32,000 nucleotides of DNA from Synechocystis sp. PCC 6803 substr. PCC-P (GTDB lineage Bacteria > Cyanobacteriota > Cyanobacteriia > Cyanobacteriales > Microcystaceae). The notes beneath the pieces were generated by a model, which saw only the letters and a program-made list of their open reading frames with translations, did no database searches and was not told where the DNA came from. Location of the stretch: the NCBI RefSeq assembly GCF_000284455.1, contig NC_017039.1:1620001-1652000 (forward strand). The letters run 5' to 3'. The stretch's first letter is position 1. Each line of letters begins with the position of its first letter. Shown piece after piece: positions 27,709 through 32,000 of the stretch. The translations under genes and the position numbers were made by a program.

Positions 27709-28467
27709 CTAGTTGCTTACCTCTGTATTTGAGCTTCGGAGTTTTTTTATTTCCTCTTTAGAAAAACCCAAAGAATGGAACTGGGATAAGTGTCTTTCTA
27801 TGAATTTCTGTCCACTGCTTGTTAAAATGTCAATATTTTGATTAAGTAATTTAATATCAGAATTAAGTTCTAGCAAAAAATTATGTGCTGTATTGATTAT
27901 GTTTGCTAGGCGTTGATCAACTGCATTAATTAAGATTTTTTTTGATAATTCATTATCTCCAAATTCTTTTTCAATACGCATTAAATCCTTCATAGCCTCC
28001 TGCATGGCTGCATCCTGTAATTCTTTATATTTTATAGTTCTTTCATATACTAAGTCTTGAGCTTGTTTTCGTAGACCAAGCTGGATGCTCCCAATCATAT
28101 TAATTGCATCAACATTTAACTGAGTTAGCTCCCGTTGTAGTCGCATCATCGCTTCAGATACGGCTTTCATTCTTTCAAATTCAGAATCTTTTCTGCATTC
28201 CTCAATTTCAGCTATTATTCTTACAATTTCAGTTTCTTTCTTTATTTGTAAGTCGATATCTGCTTCTTGCCTTTTTAACTCAAGATTGAGATTATACTCT
28301 TTTTCCTTTTGTTTGTTTTCTGCGTCAATGTTTATTTTGCCAATTTCTCTTTGATATTCCCATCTACGTAGAGGCTCACTGGCCCAATCCGTTGCAAGTT
28401 TAACTGGCGCGTAAATGATATCATCAAGTTTGTCAAACATTCCAAATATTTTTGATGTAATACCCAT
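27709..28467 (-). CDS. Uncharacterised highly charged coiled-coil protein (gene C of a three-gene module), 252 aa
   Basis: Long ORF with N-terminus MGITSKIFGMFDKLDDIIYAPVKLATDWASEPLRRWEYQREI followed by a heptad-rich region. Starts 1 nt after the stop of the upstream gene. Confidence 0.75.
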   Translation of the reverse strand: MGITSKIFGMFDKLDDIIYAPVKLATDWASEPLRRWEYQREIGKINIDAENKQKEKEYNLNLELKRQEADIDLQIKKETEIVRIIAEIEECRKDSEFERMKAVSEAMMRLQRELTQLNVDAINMIGSIQLGLRKQAQDLVYERTIKYKELQDAAMQEAMKDLMRIEKEFGDNELSKKILINAVDQRLANIINTAHNFLLELNSDIKLLNQNIDILTSSGQKFIERHLSQFHSLGFSKEEIKKLRSSNTEVSN

Positions 28468-28468
28468 T

Positions 28469-28942
28469 TTAACCTCTCAGTTTGTTAATTTCCTTTTCAA
28501 AAAGGATTTTGTCTTTTTCACATTGTAATTGCAATCGATTGTAAGTTTGTTTCGATTTATCTCCAATTTTTAATATTTCATCCAAGGCATTCATCTTTAT
28601 ATCTAATATTTCCAAGACTAATGAAGATTGATTATTGTTGATATTTGGCAAGCTATACGCATCTACAAGTAGCAAGAAAATTTTTACATAGATGGATGGA
28701 TTCAAATAATAATTTTCATCAGAAAAATACCTATTTTCTTTCAGCAAATGCCAATATGAGTTGAGCCAAACGATGAAATACTTTTCAATTGAAAGGGAAA
28801 TTAACTGTTTATCTTCCCTATATCTAAAGCTCGGTAAGTAAATAGTAGGCTCTTCATTCAAAAAATCATCAAGAAGATTTTTCCGCATAGCTCTAAGTGA
28901 GCTTAAAATGATTTGATAATCTTCCTGAATATGATTATTCAT
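28469..28942 (-). CDS. Uncharacterised protein (gene B of the module), 157 aa
   Basis: ORF overlapping gene A by 8 nt and ending 1 nt before gene C. Confidence 0.72.
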   Translation of the reverse strand: MNNHIQEDYQIILSSLRAMRKNLLDDFLNEEPTIYLPSFRYREDKQLISLSIEKYFIVWLNSYWHLLKENRYFSDENYYLNPSIYVKIFLLLVDAYSLPNINNNQSSLVLEILDIKMNALDEILKIGDKSKQTYNRLQLQCEKDKILFEKEINKLRG

Positions 28943-29471
28943 CGTTAAGATTATCTGGTGCTTTTGCTTGAGTTGATTTTTTTAGTTCTTTTTTAGCCTC
29001 ACTTTTTAAGATTCCAATTGTATCAATTACTTGATTGGCTGCTAATTCAGAACTAACATCAAGGCTTTTCGTATAGCTTTTAACTAACTCTTGAATCCAA
29101 GCTGATGCAATGTCGGCATCAACTCCAGAATTTTTTAGAGTTTCACAAACTTCTCGTAGTCCATAGGTGAAAAACTGCGAACGCTCACGTCGTAAATCTT
29201 CTTGAATAGAATTAGCAAATTTTATTTCGTCTTTATGTTGCTGTAAAAGTTCAAGATAATGTTTTTCATATTCATACAAAATGGATAGTCTATTATCGTT
29301 TTCAATTTCCGTAATTAAATTATAAATCTCCTTAAGTAATATTTGTTTCTTGTTGCTATCTAGCTCAATCTTCTCAATACAAGCGTTAAGTCTTTCTTCG
29401 ATTTTTTTGATTTCCATATTTTTGCTTGATTTGTGTAAAATTACCTGGTCTGAAGTCAAATTATTGGTCAC
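28935..29471 (-). CDS. Uncharacterised helical protein (gene A of the module), about 178 aa; GTG start or a frameshifted upstream extension
   Basis: ORF with GTG at 29471. Helical, charged sequence EEVCETL-type region RREVCETLKNSGVDADIASAWIQELVKSY is not assignable to a known family by eye (literal string in ORF: LREVCETLKNSGVDADIASAWIQELVKSY). Confidence 0.65.
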   Translation of the reverse strand: MTNNLTSDQVILHKSSKNMEIKKIEERLNACIEKIELDSNKKQILLKEIYNLITEIENDNRLSILYEYEKHYLELLQQHKDEIKFANSIQEDLRRERSQFFTYGLREVCETLKNSGVDADIASAWIQELVKSYTKSLDVSSELAANQVIDTIGILKSEAKKELKKSTQAKAPDNLNDE

Positions 29472-29473
29472 AT

Positions 29474-29593
29474 CTACATCAGCTCGAGTCCTTTTTTGAG
29501 AATAAACTTCGTGATCTTTACTTTTTTAAGACTTTCTTTGATTTCTTGTTGTATTTTAGATAAAAAATTAATCACTGGTTCATAGTCGGACAT
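29474..29593 (-). CDS. Short ORF (39 aa) upstream of gene A; possible true N-terminus separated by a frameshift, or a leader peptide
   Basis: MSDYEPVINFLSKIQQEIKESLKKVKITKFILKKGLELM*. Overlaps an A6 tract, and a -1 change there would join it to gene A. Confidence 0.35.
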   Translation of the reverse strand: MSDYEPVINFLSKIQQEIKESLKKVKITKFILKKGLELM

Positions 29594-29916
29594 CAGTGTA
29601 GAATTTTGAGACCTTTTCGTACAGTGATTCTAAGGTAAAAAGTAGAGTTCTAAAAACTTTGTTACTTAGAAAACTGCGTTTACGAGATTTTTTCGTCCCC
29701 CCTATATGAACTAAGTATTATAACTATTCTATGTTTATCGACTTTGGTCTCCAATTTACTGGAAGTAATTTTAACTTATTTTTACTGATCATCTTAAAGA
29801 TAGTAAAAAAACTTTACAAATTAATATCTACTGTCTTCTCGGCTAGAGTCAAACCTTACACTGAGTTGGTTAGAATACATTAAGAAATATTTCACTCATT
29901 CCTGAGAAAAATTACT

Positions 29917-31386
29917 ATGCCTCCTACTCTGCTCCTCTCCCAGGATTTACCCAGCCTCAACTACACCACCCCTGGCGATCGCCTCGATGGTAGATGGCGG
30001 GAATCTCTATCCACATTGCTGGGTTTGGGCAGGGCCGCCGGAGCGGATTTTGTTGAGTTTTTCCTCGAAAAGGTCAATTACGTCAGTTGCCTAGCGGAAG
30101 ACGATGCCATTACCAGCCTCACCCCCCGACTCTCCAGTGGTTGCGGTGTCAGGGTTTATAAAGGCAAAGGCGACTGCTACGTTAGCACCAACGATATTTC
30201 TTTCAATGGTCTCCGCACTGCGCTGGAAAAGGGTTTGTCAATTTTGGGCTTAACCTTACCGGCGGGCCAATCCTTTGTACCTGAACTGAACTTGGAAATG
30301 TTGCGGGACTATGCCGGAGCCAAGGAAAAGGATCAATGGTTACACCGTTGTAGCCCCATGCAGGAAATGAGCGATATTTTGCTGGGAGCTAACCAAAAAT
30401 TAGACCACTATGCTAGCCATGCCCAATCCCGACGGGCCGCCTATTTTCGCGATTGGCAGGAGGTTCTGGTAGCCGCTAGTGACGGCACCTTTGCCCGGGA
30501 CATCCGCCTGACCCAATCCGTAGGATTTTCCCTTTTTTGTGCTGATGGCGAACACCGCACTTCCATCGGTAAGCGTTCTGGGGACACCAGTAATCCCGAC
30601 TATCTACGCACTTGGGACGCAGAAACCTCTGCCCAGGAAGTCGCAGAATCCGCCGGGAAAATGCTCTACGCTGACTACGTGGAATCGGGCAATTATCCCA
30701 TCATTATGGCCAACCAATTCGGAGGGGTTATTTTCCACGAGGCCTGTGGTCATTTGTTGGAAACCACCCAAATTGAACATAAAACTACTCCTTTCCTCGA
30801 TAAAAAAGGGGAAAAAATTGCCCATGAAAACCTCACTGCTTGGGATGAAGGGCTGACAGATAACGCCTTTGGCACCATTGATATGGACGATGAAGGCATG
30901 CCCACCCAGCGCACTTTGCTGATCGAAAATGGCATTTTGAAAAATTTCATCGCCGATCGCACCGGTTCTATTCGCACTGGCCATCCCCGCACCGGCAGTG
31001 GTCGCCGCCAAAGCTATGCCTATGCGGCCGCTTCCCGCATGCGTAACACCTACATTGCCCCCGGTAATTATTCAGTGGATGACATTTTTAATTCCGTCGA
31101 AAAGGGCATTTACTGCAAGCAAATGGGGGGCGGTAGCGTGGGAGCCACAGGGGAATTTAACTTTGCGGTTTCTGAAGCTTACCTGGTGGAAAACGGCAAG
31201 TTGACTAAACCCCTCAAGGGCGCAACGTTAATTGGCACGGCCACGGAGATTATGAATAAAATTTCCATGTCTTCCCAGGATTTGGGACTAGCGGCGGGAT
31301 TCTGTGGTTCCGTCAGCGGCAGTGTCTATGTCACCGTCGGGCAACCCCACATTAAGGTTGATGGTATTACGGTGGGGGGACGTTAG
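29917..31386 (+). CDS. tldD: TldD/PmbA-family metalloprotease (TldD-like)
   Basis: [20 protein letters not shown] (HExxxH), [49 protein letters not shown]. Confidence 0.94.
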
Positions 31387-31424
31387 TTTTCCTGGGAATT
31401 ACAAAATCTCCCTAATTCAACAAT

Positions 31425-32000
31425 TCAACTCAAGGTACGGGCGGAAACAAACCGCTCAATGCTTGCTAGGTCCCGGTGAATTTGAATATCTTGGTAGGCT
31501 CCACTAGCTCTCAAAAGTTCAGCAACCATGGGGGCCTGGCCGGTCATGATTTCCACCAACCAAAAACCTCCGGGCTTTAAATAAGTTGGCGATCGCCGAA
31601 TGAGTTGCTCCACTGCTTGCAGGCCATCGGGGCCGCCATCTAGGGCTAAAAGGGGTTCGTGCTTAATCACTTCCGGTTGTAACTGGGCCAATTCCCGTTG
31701 GGGAATGTAAGGCGGATTAGACACCATGCCCTGGACCTGGCCCTTCAGATGCTCTAGGGGTTCCCACCAATAACCTTGATGAAATTGAATCCGATCGCCA
31801 AACTGATTCAACTGGGCATTTTCTCTGGCGATCGCCAAAGCAGAGCCGCTGCAATCCACGGCATGGACTAGGGCCTGGGGAAACGTGGCGGCTAAACCTA
31901 GGGCAATGGCTCCACTCCCCGTACCCAAATCCACCCAATGGTCAGCGCAGTTAGACGGAGATAAGGCAGAATGCTCATGTTGCACTATGTCGATTATTAA
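31425..32000 (-). CDS. prmC: Peptide chain release factor N5-glutamine methyltransferase (PrmC/HemK); N-terminus runs off the window
   Basis: VDLGTGSGAIALGLA...GMVSNPPYIPQRELAQLQPEVIKHEPLLALDGGPDGL. The frame stays open to the window edge. Confidence 0.94.
   Translation of the reverse strand, partial: LIIDIVQHEHSALSPSNCADHWVDLGTGSGAIALGLAATFPQALVHAVDCSGSALAIARENAQLNQFGDRIQFHQGYWWEPLEHLKGQVQGMVSNPPYIPQRELAQLQPEVIKHEPLLALDGGPDGLQAVEQLIRRSPTYLKPGGFWLVEIMTGQAPMVAELLRASGAYQDIQIHRDLASIERFVSARTLS

Noticed and set aside
28104-28289. Plus-strand ORF opposite module gene C
   Set aside because: Repetitive F/L-rich translation of the complement of a K/E/Q-rich coiled-coil gene.
1-32000. CRISPR array, tRNA or rRNA genes
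   Set aside because: I saw no regularly spaced repeats and no recognisable tRNA or rRNA sequence. Only short duplications and IS copies are repeated. A tRNAscan/CRISPR search was not run.

Overview
The window is cyanobacterial and looks like Synechocystis sp. PCC 6803 or a very close relative. That identification rests on recalled gene order and protein similarity plus HIP1 octamers (GCGATCGC); no search was run. Positions 1-18.3 kb hold a cell-surface polysaccharide cluster: an ABC-2 permease, an ATP-binding subunit, glycosyltransferases, sugar-modifying enzymes, two DUF115/MptE-like genes, and a compact operon of cyclase, CMP-sugar synthetase-like, 2-hydroxyacid dehydrogenase and SDR genes. 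The cluster carries several lesions that resolve at base level. (i) A 1174-bp-equivalent IS4-family element (2088-4210) lies between a 3'-truncated transporter ATPase gene and a 5'-truncated sugar isomerase-like gene, and is itself interrupted by a 947-bp ISY100-like IS630/Tc1 element. (ii) A second ISY100-like copy (5121-6066, 946 bp) splits a CBS-DegT aminotransferase fusion gene, and its transposase is out of frame at a canonical A AAA AAG slippery site. (iii) A perfect 10-bp tandem duplication frameshifts a DUF115 gene. From about 18.3 to 20.3 kb there are decayed repeat fragments, a PD-(D/E)XK-like protein and a DUF29-like protein. From 20.3 to 27.1 kb and after 29.9 kb is housekeeping content: a glycosyltransferase, hemB, a petL-like small ORF, aroB, an RND transporter, tldD/pmbA and prmC/hemK. 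Between 27.7 and 29.6 kb is an AT-rich, HIP1-free, tightly packed three-gene module of unknown proteins beside a truncated PIN toxin gene. It is the best candidate here for an uncharacterised system, but its function cannot be deduced from sequence alone.
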